A stretch of 63,957 nucleotides of DNA, filler included, from Pirum gemmata (GCA_002812295.1; 24 parts of 24 records of this genome joined end to end with filler, not necessarily neighbours in it); one strand, 5' to 3'; positions 1-11,289 are shown, counted from the first letter of the whole stretch. Numbers and translations: made by a program. Notes: generated from the sequence alone by a model not told the origin.

Positions 1-2621
1 ATTTATTTATTTATTTATTTATTATTTTTCTTAACCTTGAAAAATGACATCTCATACAGACATCTCATACATTCATTAATGACGTCACTTTTTTTTGAAA
101 ATATTCTTTTCCTCCGAGTTCTTTTCCTAGATTACCATTTTAATGGCTTTGATTTCAATCTAAATGCTTATAATATTTAGCTGATAGGGTCAGAAAGAGT
201 TCAGAAAGTAGGTGGGGGGGGGCATTTTATGAGACTGACATTGAATAATAATTATTATTATTATTATTATTATTTCAAAGCAATGATAAAAATAAAAGAT
301 ATATTACGTAATTAATGTTTACCAGTAATAATAACCGCAATAATATCACAACTATACAATTATGACGTAATATTTTCTCTTCTCAGACTCAAAAATGCAA
401 AACTTCAGTATTCGCTTTTTATTGGTTGTATGTTTTTCATGGTCCTTTCATGTCTGAGTACTTAGCTCCTTAGCTAAAGAAGAACGAATCAAAATTTGGC
501 TTCTGCGAATTCTAGCTACTAGAGCCAGCTAGTACCACAGTCAGCTAGTAGTAAAAGGCCTAAGTAAAAGGCCAGAGTAAAAAACTAGTAAAAAGGCCAA
601 GTGCAGATTCCAAGTGCCCAAAGATGCCCAAAGTGTCTATCTACCCCAGCCGCCGGCCCTCTACTAGCTAGGTCCCTAGCTAGCTAGATAGGCGATCTAC
701 CTGCGTCTAAGAATGTCAACTTTTTGGATCATAGTAATAATAATATTCTATTTCGAATATATAAATTTAGTGTGTTCGAAATGTTCGAGCCGCCAGAAAA
801 AATTTGGCCACTTTTCAAAAGTTGGTAAATGTTAGGTGTACTACTGGCGTACTGCACCAGTAAAAAAACTGAGTAATAAAAAAAAATAAAAGTGTGGTGG
901 TCAATGGTCATAGACTAGTCTCATAGAACTGGTCATACAGTTGGTCATACTCAGTATTACTATACAATCGCAGTACAATCGCATTACTCACTCTACCCAT
1001 TTTTTACGGCCATTTTTTACTCATTTTCTGCAACTTTCTCCTTTTTTGGTAGCAAAAACCCATTTTCGGGCAAAAAACTTGCAAAATTCACCAGAAAAAT
1101 CGAAAAATCTACCAAAAATAAAAAAATGAATAATACAATGATAAAAACTCGAAATACGTCATTTTAAGAACTACTAATTTGGTAATCTAGCTACTAGCAT
1201 TCTGTGGTACGTACTACGTATATTCGTCGGTATATCATGATAATAAAAGAACTATATTATGTGCTACGAGCTAGTTAAGTATGTCATAGTAGCTAGCTAG
1301 CTAGTAGATTCTGTGAGTCTGTGTGACTCTGTGACTATCATGATATCATTTATAACAGTATGCATAGTAGACCCCCCCTCTATCATAATGATAATGATCT
1401 TATGATAGTAGAATTGATTCAGTCTCCTGTCTAGCTAGCTAGTAGTAGCTAGACTAGCTAGCTACTAGCTAGAGAGCTAGTAGTTAGAGAGAGGACGAAA
1501 ATGAATATCGTCGGAAATTACGAGTATTCCGACACTATTCCGACCTATGGCTTATACGAAAAAATGACTAAAAATGACTACAATTATATAAAATCGTTAA
1601 ATATGTGGCTACTTTTCTCTCTTTTTGTCCCAGAAATGACCCAAAATGTTCAAAATGTCCATAAATGTCCCGTTTTGGTCGAAGGAGGTTGGGTTTCTAT
1701 TTTGGTAATAAAATGGCTAAATTAAGCAAGAATATCTCACAAATGACCAAAAAAGGTGATATTTTTAGGTAATATCGGAATATTCCGACTGAATTTAAGA
1801 ATATAGTGCTGAATTTAAAAGAATATAATTATATATGATAGAACCATCATATTCGTATTTTTAAGAGTGTAATATTCGTATTTAAGAATATAATATTTTA
1901 ACATTGGTCAAGATCGGGTAAATATATAACTATCTACAGTTCTCAATCTTAGTTGAAGTTGAAGTTGAACTTCAACTTCAACTTCAACTTCTCATTCATA
2001 CCGGTAGCTTTCTTATGTTTATCAAGATATATTATATACATAAATACAAAACACTTCTAAAGAGCTAAACTACAACATACAAATTAAACACCAAACAAAA
2101 ATTATTTTTGCCGATGACATAATATATAATATTATATCGCTTGGTTTTTGTTTTTGTATTATTTTTATTGCATATTATTATTATTATTACTAGCTGTTGG
2201 TATTATTATTACTACATAATATTATAATATGTATTATTATTATTATCATTAAATATTATTAATATTAATATGATAAAATATTAGNNNNNNNNNNNNNNNN
2301 NNNNNNNNNNNNNNNNNNNNNNNNNNNNNNNNNNNNNNNNNNNNNNNNNNNNNNNNNNNNNNNNNNNNNNNNNNNNNNNNNNNNNNNNNNNNNNNNNNNN
2401 NNNNNNNNNNNNNNNNNNNNNNNTAAATCAAATAAATATTATGGTTTAACATTCTTTCATTTCTTTCTTTCAAATTACAAACAAACAAACAAACAAACAA
2501 ATCACAAAAATTAAATCAGTGAAAAAAAAGACACGATCATTACCTACATTAAATTTTATTATTATAATTATATTGTATATATTATTATTATGATAACAAT
2601 ATTCAAAAAAACATCACTGAA

Positions 2622-3350
2622 TTAAAACATAAGCAATATTTCATACTTCTTTTTATGCACCATAATTCCCAAATACCGTTGCTTCTCTTCACCCTCCCCT
2701 ATATTAGTATTGGCATTATTAATGTCAGCATCCTCGTACCCTGGAGGACATATTTTCCAACAATTATTATTAGTACTATCACTATCACTCCTTATACTTT
2801 GATGTGTATTATCATTATTATTGTTCTTGTTGTTCTTATTATTGCTTTTGTTGCTGCTGTTGTTGTAGTTGTAGTTGTTGTTGTTGTTAGTATTAGTAGT
2901 AGAGTTAAATGTAGAATGAAATTGCTCAGCCATTCCTGTATTACCACCAAACGCAATAACCTCCTCCATTTCTAACTTCCACTTATCTCGAATTTTTTCC
3001 TGCCGAAAACTTATATTCACTTTACGAGCTTGTTTGCTCCCCACATTATAAAATATCTCTAAACCATAAGGTGAAGTGGGATTTTTATCTTTTTTTAAAA
3101 CCGATTTAATAGCATAAATATCATATAAAGGAATACAAAATAACAACTCCCTTAACTTAATGTGTTGTCGTTCGCATTCTGAGATGGTGAGAATGAAACC
3201 GTCGAGTGGTAAACACATTTTGACTTGCTTTATTTTGGAAGAAAGTTGGTTGATGGAGTATGAGGTCATGCGATAAGTTTGGACTAAATCGTAATTGGTG
3301 TGGGGTTCAGACATTATGGTGAACGCAAAGGTGTCCACTTTTGTAGGCAT
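2622..3350 (-). CDS. Hypothetical protein, possible PH-like domain followed by poly-Asn (probably an exon)
   Basis: High-complexity coding sequence starts at MPTKVDTF (ATG at 3350). The pattern 'IPLYDIYAI...YGLEIFY...ISFRQEKIRDKWKLEM' resembles a PH fold. The upstream part of the track ORF is microsatellite. Confidence 0.5.
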   Translation of the reverse strand: MPTKVDTFAFTIMSEPHTNYDLVQTYRMTSYSINQLSSKIKQVKMCLPLDGFILTISECERQHIKLRELLFCIPLYDIYAIKSVLKKDKNPTSPYGLEIFYNVGSKQARKVNISFRQEKIRDKWKLEMEEVIAFGGNTGMAEQFHSTFNSTTNTNNNNNYNYNNSSNKSNNKNNKNNNNDNTHQSIRSDSDSTNNNCWKICPPGYEDADINNANTNIGEGEEKQRYLGIMVHKKKYEILLMF

Positions 3351-3714
3351 GATTTTTTTTAGTCGTTGTTTGTTTGTGTTGTTTGTTTTGTTTTGTTTTG
3401 TTGGTTGGTTGATTGGTTTGGTTTGCAATTGGTTGTTGTTGTGGTGGTGGTGGTATGGTGGTGGTGGTGGTGGTGTATGGTATTGGTGGTATTGGTGGTG
3501 GCAGTGGTGGTGGCGGCGGTGGTGGCGGTGGTGGTTACAACGCCACTTCACTCTGTTACTATGGCTTTCGCCAATATAATGCACTATAATAATATTATTA
3601 CAATATTAGTTAATATGATTATGTATTGACGTTGGTCAGCGACTTCGATTATTTAAATTTATTTATTGGAACTATTTATTGATTTATTGATTTATTGATT
3701 TATTGATTTATTGA

Positions 3715-3814
3715 NNNNNNNNNNNNNNNNNNNNNNNNNNNNNNNNNNNNNNNNNNNNTTAATTAATTAANNNNNNNNNNNNNNNNNNNNNNNNNNNNNN
3801 NNNNNNNNNNNNNN
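3715..3814. other. Artificial contig-joining linker N44-TTAATTAATTAA-N44 (first of 23)
   Basis: The same 12-mer (stops in all six frames) in N runs starts at 3759, 6292, 11624, 14116, 16616, 19153, 21656, 24188, 26739, 29206, 31712, 34230, 36742, 39258, 41789, 44258, 46738, 49184, 51715, 54246, 56748, 59278 and 61808. Confidence 0.97.
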
Positions 3815-3965
3815 GGAGAAGGATTTTCATTTATTTTGTTGTTTTTGATTATGTATTCAAAAAATGAAATATAGGTATAAATAATCAGATTTTTAGTATT
3901 AAATTTGAAGAAAACACACATGTTAAAAATAAATAATAATTCTCACTTCTCATAAAATTTTAATT

Positions 3966-3979
3966 CGTTATAAGCACGA
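3966..3979 (+). promoter_or_regulatory. Primer-binding site complementary to the anticodon arm of tRNA-Ile (half-tRNA priming)
   Basis: CGTTATAAGCACGA overlaps the gag ATG. It is the reverse complement of TCGTGCTTATAACG, the tRNA-Ile(UAU) anticodon stem-loop as I recall it from yeast. Confidence 0.65.
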
Positions 3980-4704
3980 TGACTTTCAACACTGTAACAC
4001 TAAGTTCTGGATCCGAATGGACTATCTGGAAATCTGATATCATTACTTACTGTACATCCAAGGGGTTCGAAGATTTCTTGACAACACCAAAAACCGATGA
4101 GGACAGCAATGCTATTAGAATGGGGCGTGCAAAAGTAGTGGTGGTAATGAGAACACATGTGTCCATGGACATGAAGAAAAAATTGGTTATGCTATCCGAA
4201 CCAGATCAAATCTGGAAAAAGCTGAAAGATATGTTCGAAGGGGGTACTATGCCTCAGTTGCGCTTCTATCATGATGCTCTCAACAACCTGTCATTGGACT
4301 CTTTTAATGACGTTAACGGTGTCATAGGGAAAATTGATGAGTTAACTCGGTGTATCACCGCGGGTGATCAAAGCGTGTTTAGCGACATACAGAAGATCAA
4401 CTACCTACTTCGCGCAATAAATGGAAACGAAAATTGGGCACTGTTTCAGATTAAAGTGGACCTAATACCGACCAACGATCAAAATTGGTCAAAAATCTGC
4501 GAGGAAGCCCAGACCGAACAAATGAAGCACGGCCTTAAGGGTTTGAACGACAAAACAAAGGAAAAGGCCCTATCGATTAACTGCTTCAACTGCGGGAAAC
4601 CCGGTCACATGAAACGCGATTGCGCTGCGGAAAAGTGTGTTACTTGTGGAAAGGCTGGTCATAGCACAGAAAAGTGTTTTAAAAACCAAACCTGTGAGAA
4701 TTGA
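3979..4704 (+). CDS. gag: Copia Gag with two complete CCHC knuckles and a third interrupted by TGA
   Basis: CFNCGKPGHMKRDC and CVTCGKAGHSTEKC are followed by CEN*GKLGHVMKYC in the same frame. Confidence 0.88.
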   Translation: MTFNTVTLSSGSEWTIWKSDIITYCTSKGFEDFLTTPKTDEDSNAIRMGRAKVVVVMRTHVSMDMKKKLVMLSEPDQIWKKLKDMFEGGTMPQLRFYHDALNNLSLDSFNDVNGVIGKIDELTRCITAGDQSVFSDIQKINYLLRAINGNENWALFQIKVDLIPTNDQNWSKICEEAQTEQMKHGLKGLNDKTKEKALSINCFNCGKPGHMKRDCAAEKCVTCGKAGHSTEKCFKNQTCEN

Positions 4705-6042
4705 GGCAAGCTCGGGCATGTAATGAAATACTGCCGAATGAAGAATGATAAGGCCCACCAGGTCAAGGACAGAGTATTAATGGCCCGAGAAGATAGAGCG
4801 CTAAGGGCTACTGTACTGGACAGCGGAGCAACATCGCATGTATATGGCGATCGACAGGATTTTGAAGAACTACAGGAGAAGACTTTCTCAATAGACGGGG
4901 TCGGAAACAGCTCTTCGACATGCAAAGGAATTGGGAAGTTGAAAAAACTCGATGGGCGAGCTATCTTGAACGAAAACTTAAGTGAAAATCTTATGAGTGT
5001 GTCGCAATTGGTGACACACGGGTTCGAAGTAAAGTTCAACAATGACGGGTTTACAGCGACAAATGGAGATAAGACAATCAGTGGAGTTCACAAAGACAAT
5101 TTATTCTTTGTGAACAAGGAAAGGGCACTCAAGGTGAACGAAACAAGTATGCTGTGGAACCAAAGGATGGGCCATGCGAGCCTAAAAAGGATAAGTGAAG
5201 TGGTACCTGAGGTAAAAGCAGCCGATTACATAAAGTGCAAAACATGTACAAAAGCAAATATAAAAAGGTCTCCAAAATCACATAAGGGAAAGGATAAAGA
5301 CTCTGGTTATGAAATAGGCGAGTGTTTAGATATGGATATTATGGGACCAATGTCGGAAACCTCATACGGGGGAGTAAAATATACACTAATGGTTGTGGAT
5401 TGGTGTTCCAAATATACATGGTCGATTGGACTAGCAAATAGGACGGAAAAAAGTGTAACAGAGGCAATGGAAAATTTCCTAGATAAAGAGCTAGCAAAAA
5501 GGCAAATTAAATGTAAAAACATTCACTCTGATAATGCTCCGGAATTTAAAAATAAGTTCAACACCATGTGGCATGCTAGAGGAATTAGCAGGACATATAC
5601 TGCCCCCGGAACCTCACTACACAACGCGTATGTTGAGCGAAGAAATGGTATTACTCTAGGAATGGCACGTGCTATGCTGGAAGAGAATAATACCAGTAAG
5701 AAACTATGGGCAGAGGCGCTAAGCTATGCATGTCTGATCAACAACATACTACCCACAAAGGGTTTAAAAGGTACCACACCTTGGAATAAATGGCACAACA
5801 CCGCGTACGATGTTAGCAAATTAAAAACCTTTGGGTGTGAGGTTTATGCCTTAAACCGAACTAAAACTGGGAAACTTAATCCCGCGGGGACACGATGCAT
5901 AATGCTAGGGTCTACGATGGATACTGTTGGAAATTGCTATAGGCTATTCAATAGGGGTATTCGGTTTGTAGACCTTCAGTATTTAAAGACCTACAGATTC
6001 GGAGAGGGCATTTATCATTCCATATATAGTAAAAGGCATTAA
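4705..6042 (+). CDS. pol: Copia Pol (protease plus integrase), in frame with gag; last ~30 codons are unrelated sequence
   Basis: DSGA protease motif and DDE integrase triad. The frame is continuous with gag across the TGA at 4702-4704. Confidence 0.88.
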   Translation, partial: GKLGHVMKYCRMKNDKAHQVKDRVLMAREDRALRATVLDSGATSHVYGDRQDFEELQEKTFSIDGVGNSSSTCKGIGKLKKLDGRAILNENLSENLMSVSQLVTHGFEVKFNNDGFTATNGDKTISGVHKDNLFFVNKERALKVNETSMLWNQRMGHASLKRISEVVPEVKAADYIKCKTCTKANIKRSPKSHKGKDKDSGYEIGECLDMDIMGPMSETSYGGVKYTLMVVDWCSKYTWSIGLANRTEKSVTEAMENFLDKELAKRQIKCKNIHSDNAPEFKNKFNTMWHARGISRTYTAPGTSLHNAYVERRNGITLGMARAMLEENNTSKKLWAEALSYACLINNILPTKGLKGTTPWNKWHNTAYDVSKLKTFGCEVYALNRTKTGKLNPAGTRCIMLGSTMDTVGNCYRLFNRGIRFVDLQYLKTYRFGEGIYHSIYSKRH

Positions 6043-6348
6043 ATCATGCCCTAAATTCCAAAATGCATGCCCTAAATACCTTTTTTGGTATTTAGGGTAT
6101 TTAGGGAATGACTTTCGGGCACATCCAGTCGGCACCATTTACTAATCAGTTAAAAATCCCTCTTTCTCAACAAATAATTTTTTTCAAAAAAAAAAATGGT
6201 AACTATAACTATAACTATAACTATAACTACCATTGTCAATACTAATANNNNNNNNNNNNNNNNNNNNNNNNNNNNNNNNNNNNNNNNNNNNTTAATTAAT
6301 TAANNNNNNNNNNNNNNNNNNNNNNNNNNNNNNNNNNNNNNNNNNNNA

Positions 6349-6437
6349 ATATTAACATTAATAGTAATAAACCATAAAATCGGAAAAGTTCTGGCAGCTG
6401 TTCGGTAATAATAAAATGACGTCACCTCACCCCTACT
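6349..6437 (-). mobile_element. Partial MITE family B copy cut by the contig edge
   Basis: Matches the end of the 36155-36385 copy (…ggtaataataaaatgacgtcacctcacccctact). Confidence 0.8.
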
Positions 6438-6742
6438 GACTTTCTAAGTTTCTATTGATATCAGGAACACACTACATTGGACAAATTTCTGAAACACATT
6501 TTCTAAAATCAGTACACCCTGTTTGCCAATGGGGATAAAAATAATAATAACATATTTTTTTTTTAAAAAATATTTTTTTAAAAAAAAAAATAATAATAAT
6601 AATATCATAATAACAATATAATAATAATAAATAAATAAAAAGCTTTTTTTTTTAAAAGAAAAAAAACTTTTTATATGATTTTTAAAAAAATGCTACAATA
6701 ATATTATTATGTCTATAATTTATACTATATATAGACGAGACT

Positions 6743-6976
6743 GGGATTAGGATTAGGGTTAGGGTTAGGGTTGAGGTTGGGGTTTTGATTAGGACTAAGG
6801 TTTAGGGTTAAGGTTAGGGTTAAGATTTAGGGTTAAGGTTTAGGATTACCTTAATTAAGGTTTAGTGTTAGGATTTAGGGTTTGGGCTTAGGGTTAGGGT
6901 TAGGGTTTAGGGGTTAGGGTTTAGGATTAGGGTTAGGGTTTAATTTAGGATTAGGATGTAGGGTTAGAGTTGGGTT
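6743..6976 (+). repeat. Degenerate interstitial telomeric (TTAGGG)n array
   Basis: TTAGGG and variant units. Similar arrays lie at about 8064-8252, 11301-11579, 11924-12098, 16970-17111, 17850-18216, 18935-19067, 20430-20865, 21583-21611, 23989-24014, 24979-25218, 26795-26829, 29081-29161, 41079-41250, 47674-47928, 52756-52793, 55305-55535, 56578-56635 and 62890-63080. Confidence 0.9.
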
Positions 6977-7518
6977 TAATTAAGAATAATAAGACAAATT
7001 TTCAATTAAAAAACAAGATTTTCAAAGAGTAAAATAACAATATATCAGTCAGTAATAGTAATAAATAAAATGCATATGGTATTGGTGATAATTATACTTA
7101 TATAATTATGCACAATATCATATAATTCCCATCATACACATTTCAGAATATTCGAAACGATTAATTCATTTCGTTCGATGGCTTTTTTGAAAATTATTAA
7201 TAGTTAATTAATTAGAAAAATAATTGTGGTTCTGTACATGAGCTGTTGCAATTTATTTATAAAAAATTGCTAAAAAATTTTAAATAAACAAATTATCACA
7301 ATGATAATATCAGATACTCTGCTGCTTTTTTTTTTTTTTTTNNNNNNNNNNNNNNNNNNNNNNNNNNNNNNNNNNNNNNNNNNNNNNNNNNNNNNNNNNN
7401 NNNNNNNNNNNNTAATAATAGCAGTAGTAGTAATAATACAATTAAGATATTATACCACTACTAATAATAATAATAATAATAATGCTAATAATAATAATAA
7501 TAATTAATAAAAACTTAC

Positions 7519-7766
7519 TTTAGATTTTGCCCAGGAGCCAATGGTTTTCTTGAAGCCAGTTACTTTTTGTCCCACGGCCAACATTTTTTCCATTATCTTC
7601 TCCCATACACGTGGTACACCAAAGAATACAGTCGGTCTGATGATTCTCAATCGATCGCCGATTGTTCCAGACCTCAAGTCATAAGGTCTTGCAAAATAAG
7701 TGACAGCGCTGTTACCTCCGCACATACCTCCAACAAAAATCGGAAGAACAATATCGTTTAACATAC
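7519..7766 (-). CDS. ACSBG: Long-chain fatty acyl-CoA synthetase (bubblegum/ACSBG type), internal exon, out of order
   Basis: ttag|GT ATG…TCT AAA|gtaagt. Encodes RPTVFFGVPRVWEKIMEKM…WAKSK. Confidence 0.85.
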
Positions 7767-8649
7767 CTAATTATGACAATATTTTATTTTTTAAAAAAAA
7801 AATTAATAATTAATAATTAATAATTAATAATTAATAATTAATAATTAATAATTAGTAATTAATAATTAATTAATAATTAAAAAATAATTATTGAAGAATA
7901 AATTAATAATTAATAATAAAGAATTAAGAATTAATTAATAATTAATAACAAATAATAACAAATAAATGATAAATGATAAATGAAATAATAAATAACAAAT
8001 AATAACAAATAAACGATAAATAATAATAATAAATAATAAATGATAAATAATAATAATAAATAANGTTAGGGTTAGGGTTAAGGTTAGGGTTAGGGTTAAG
8101 GTTAAGGTTAGGGTTAGGGTTAGGGTTAGGGTTAGGGTTAGGGGTAGGGGTAGGGGTAGGGTTAGGGTTAAATAAAAGGGTTAGGGTTAGGGTTAAATAA
8201 AAGGGTTAGGGTTAGAGTTAGGGTTAGGGTTAGGGTTAGGGTTAGGGTTAGGATGACGAATGATTATAAAACTCAATTTGAATTCAGAGTAATAAGGGCT
8301 TTATTATTATTTTTAAGTTTGTATTTTACATCCCTTCTATTCTCATTTCAAAGACCAAAAAATGGTTATAGGTGTTATTATAATATATATAATAAAAAAA
8401 TAGTAAAATATACCAGATTAATATAATGTATATAACTAAAATATGACGGTACAATAAAACAGTGCAAATAATTGTACCATTTTAATATAGATATAGATAT
8501 AGATATTAAATTTTTAAAAAAAATTAAAAAATAGTAAGAATCCTATCAGAATAATTATTGACTCTCAATAAAATATTACAGGATGTCAAAAAGCAAACAT
8601 TTGCTATTGATATACTACTACTAATACTACCACTACCACTACCACTAAC

Positions 8650-8682
<33 letters not shown>

Positions 8683-8874
8683 TAAAAAAAAAATTAAAAA
8701 ATAGTAAGAATCCTATCAGACTCAATAAAATATTACAAGATGTAAAAAAGCAAACATTGCTATTGATATACTAATACTAATACTACTACTACCACTACCA
8801 GTGACAAGTTTCATAATTAGGAGTGCTACAATGGTTTACTTCCATTTTTCTATATTATATTATATATGATGATG

Positions 8875-8905
<31 letters not shown>

Positions 8906-8906
8906 C

Positions 8907-9625
8907 TTAGGCAGCATTGGCTGTTGTAGTTTCTATTACAGCTTCTAAGTCAGGGTATGGAATGTATGTAGTCTTAATGTTTTCAGGTTTGTACATCTCA
9001 TCAACAGCACTTTGGTGTATTTTAGTTACAACAGATCTCTTTAATTTTAAAGTAGAAGTCAATTCTCCATTTTCAATTGAAAAATCATGAGGGAGAATCG
9101 TAAATTTACCAATCTTATGGGGTTGACTAACGATAACAGAAGGGTCACTATTAGTTTGTTTTAAAGCATCTGTAATCTTATTAAGAAACTCCTCATTCTT
9201 AACAGCTTCTTGAATAGTACTTACATTATCAACTAGCGTCTGGGCTGGACCAGCAAGCTGAGCAGAACCAGCCAATTCACCCGTTGAACCCACCGTCTTA
9301 AGCGTAATTAAAGCAACGTTGAACTTCTGTTGGTCTCCTACCATCATAACATTAGAAATCGCCGGGCAATATTTTTTGAGAGCGTTTTCAACAGGAATAG
9401 GGGCTATATTTTCACCTCCAGCTCCAATAATAATTTCTTTATATCTACCAGTAATATGTAAAAATCCATCGGCATCAAAATAGCCTTTATCCCCACTGTG
9501 TAACCAACCATCGCAGTCCACGGTATCTTTGTTCTTTTTAGCAATTTCGGCGACGTGATCTTCTCCTAAGTCAGGATTAGCATGATAACCGCGCATAATA
9601 TGTCTTCCACGCATGCAAATCTCAC
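8907..9625 (-). CDS. ACSBG: ACSBG-type acyl-CoA synthetase, last exon
   Basis: aag|GT GAG ATT TGC (phase 1). Motifs GEICMRGRHIMRGY, DGWLHSGDKG, ITGRYKEIIIGAGGENIAP and DFSIENGELTSTLKLKR; TAA stop. Confidence 0.92.
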
Positions 9626-9958
9626 CTTTTTTTTTTTGAAAAGAAAAAGGATAGAAATAATAATAATAATAATAATAATAATAATTAGTAATTAGTAATA
9701 GTATTGAAATTAAATAGTAAAGCAAAATCAATAAAAGTAGGTATATGATGTTGATCCAACACCATTTTCTGTATTTTATATCTTAAAACATATATATTTA
9801 ATAATAAATATCAATAATAAACTGAACTAGTGATACTACTACTATTACTACTATTACTACTATTATTACTAATAACAAAAAAAAAAATAGTAGTAGTAGT
9901 AGTAGTTAAATATTAAATATTAAAGAACAATTATGATTATATATATATATTAAACTAC

Positions 9959-10352
9959 CTTGTTCTTCTTCACTGACCATCATACCCTCCTTAAGAATAG
10001 GGCATTCTACTTTTTCGCCAGTTTGTTCATTTACTTTAAATACCTTCACTTCAGTATTAGGAAGGGCTTGTCCAGGACATCCCCATCTAAAAGCATCAGG
10101 TGTTCCAAAAACGGAAGCCCCACACGATTCAGACATACCATACACTTCGATAATATTAATATTCAAAGAAGCAAAGTATTGGAAACAATCCAATCTCATT
10201 GGCGCTGCACCAGTAACTGCGTAAATACAATCTTGTAGACCTAAGGCTTCTTTTACACGATCGAATACCATCATATTGCAAACAGACATGGTAACCCCCA
10301 AAGGGCCAGATTTTTTGCTATTGTATTGTTTGGATGCAACATGTTCCAGACC
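9959..10352 (-). CDS. ACSBG: ACSBG-type acyl-CoA synthetase, penultimate exon
   Basis: tttatag|GGT CTG GAA…CAA G|gtagtt. Motifs VKEALGL..C..AVTGAAP and EVYGMSE. Splices in phase to exon 9625-8907. Confidence 0.92.
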
Positions 10353-10407
10353 CTATAAATATTAAATAAAGTAAGAATAAATAAGAAAACTGATGAAAAA
10401 GAGTAGC

Positions 10408-10464
<57 letters not shown>

Positions 10465-10491
10465 CGTAGTCGTAGTCGTAGTCGTAGTCGT

Positions 10492-10523
<32 letters not shown>

Positions 10524-10557
10524 TAGTAGTAGNNNNNNNNNNNNNNNNNNNNNNNNN

Positions 10558-11289
10558 TCACAATCACAATCACAATCACAATCACAACCACAATCACAAT
10601 CACAATCACAATCACAATCACAATCACAACCACAATCACAATCACAATCACAATCACAACCACAACCACAGCAGTCAAAAAAACATAAAAAGAAGAAAAG
10701 GCGAAATATAGATAAACAACCAACACAATTATCATCACCAACACCAACACCATCACCATCACCATCACCATCACTATCAATAACACCGTCACCTTCACCT
10801 CTACCATCACGGTCACCCAAAGATATCGTAACATGGACAGAACAATCGCAAAGTTCTTATACTAGATCGGACAAATCCAGGGAGAACAATTTTAAGAAAA
10901 AGTTTTATCGTAAAAAACAGGCCAATCCTTATTTACACAATGATAACCCAGCACAAACACAAACACAAACACAAACACAACCAACAAAATCAGAACTAAC
11001 AAAATCAGAACTAACAAAATCAGAACTAACAAAATCAGAACTAACAAAACCACAACCACCACCAACAACAACAAAATTACCACTATCACCACCACCACCA
11101 CTACCATTACCACAAGGACCACAACACTCACCAACTCAAGAAGCTATCAATAACACCAACACAAAAAGGGGATTGCAGTCTTATAATGCTCCAAAAAAAA
11201 AAGAGGGACTCCAGGGATCAGTAACAGTTACTAGTACAAAAATATCCTATCTTTCTGCGCTTGAAAATTCGTCTGGAAAAAAGCAATAA
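10558..11289 (+). CDS. Low-complexity Ser/Gln/Pro-rich ORF fragment (possible terminal exon)
   Basis: Open for over 240 codons with some non-repetitive stretches and 4x KSELT. No recognisable domain. Confidence 0.3.
   Translation, partial: SQSQSQSQSQPQSQSQSQSQSQSQPQSQSQSQSQPQPQQSKKHKKKKRRNIDKQPTQLSSPTPTPSPSPSPSLSITPSPSPLPSRSPKDIVTWTEQSQSSYTRSDKSRENNFKKKFYRKKQANPYLHNDNPAQTQTQTQTQPTKSELTKSELTKSELTKSELTKPQPPPTTTKLPLSPPPPLPLPQGPQHSPTQEAINNTNTKRGLQSYNAPKKKEGLQGSVTVTSTKISYLSALENSSGKKQ

Larger units (their letters stand above)
3815..5952 (+). mobile_element. Ty1/copia LTR retrotransposon, 3'-truncated (gag, protease, integrase; no RT/RNase H)
   Basis: Domain order is gag (UBN2-like), CCHC knuckles, protease (VLDSGATSH), pre-integrase zinc region (LWNQRMGH..CKTC), integrase (MDIMGP/HSDNAPEF/NAYVERRN) and an SH3-like tail (FGCEVY..KL..CIMLG..YRLFN). 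Homology stops at about 5952. GC is higher than the host. Confidence 0.93.

Noticed and set aside
3759..3770. TTAATTAATTAA recurring every ~2.5 kb as a biological periodic motif
   Set aside because: It is always flanked by exactly 44 Ns on each side, so it is an assembly concatenation linker.
4702..4704. Genome-wide reassignment of TGA to Cys
   Set aside because: The confident host genes here end in TAA/TAG, but Cys-rich ORFs (RING/MYND, TSP1) contain no in-frame TGA. One case in a transposon is insufficient.
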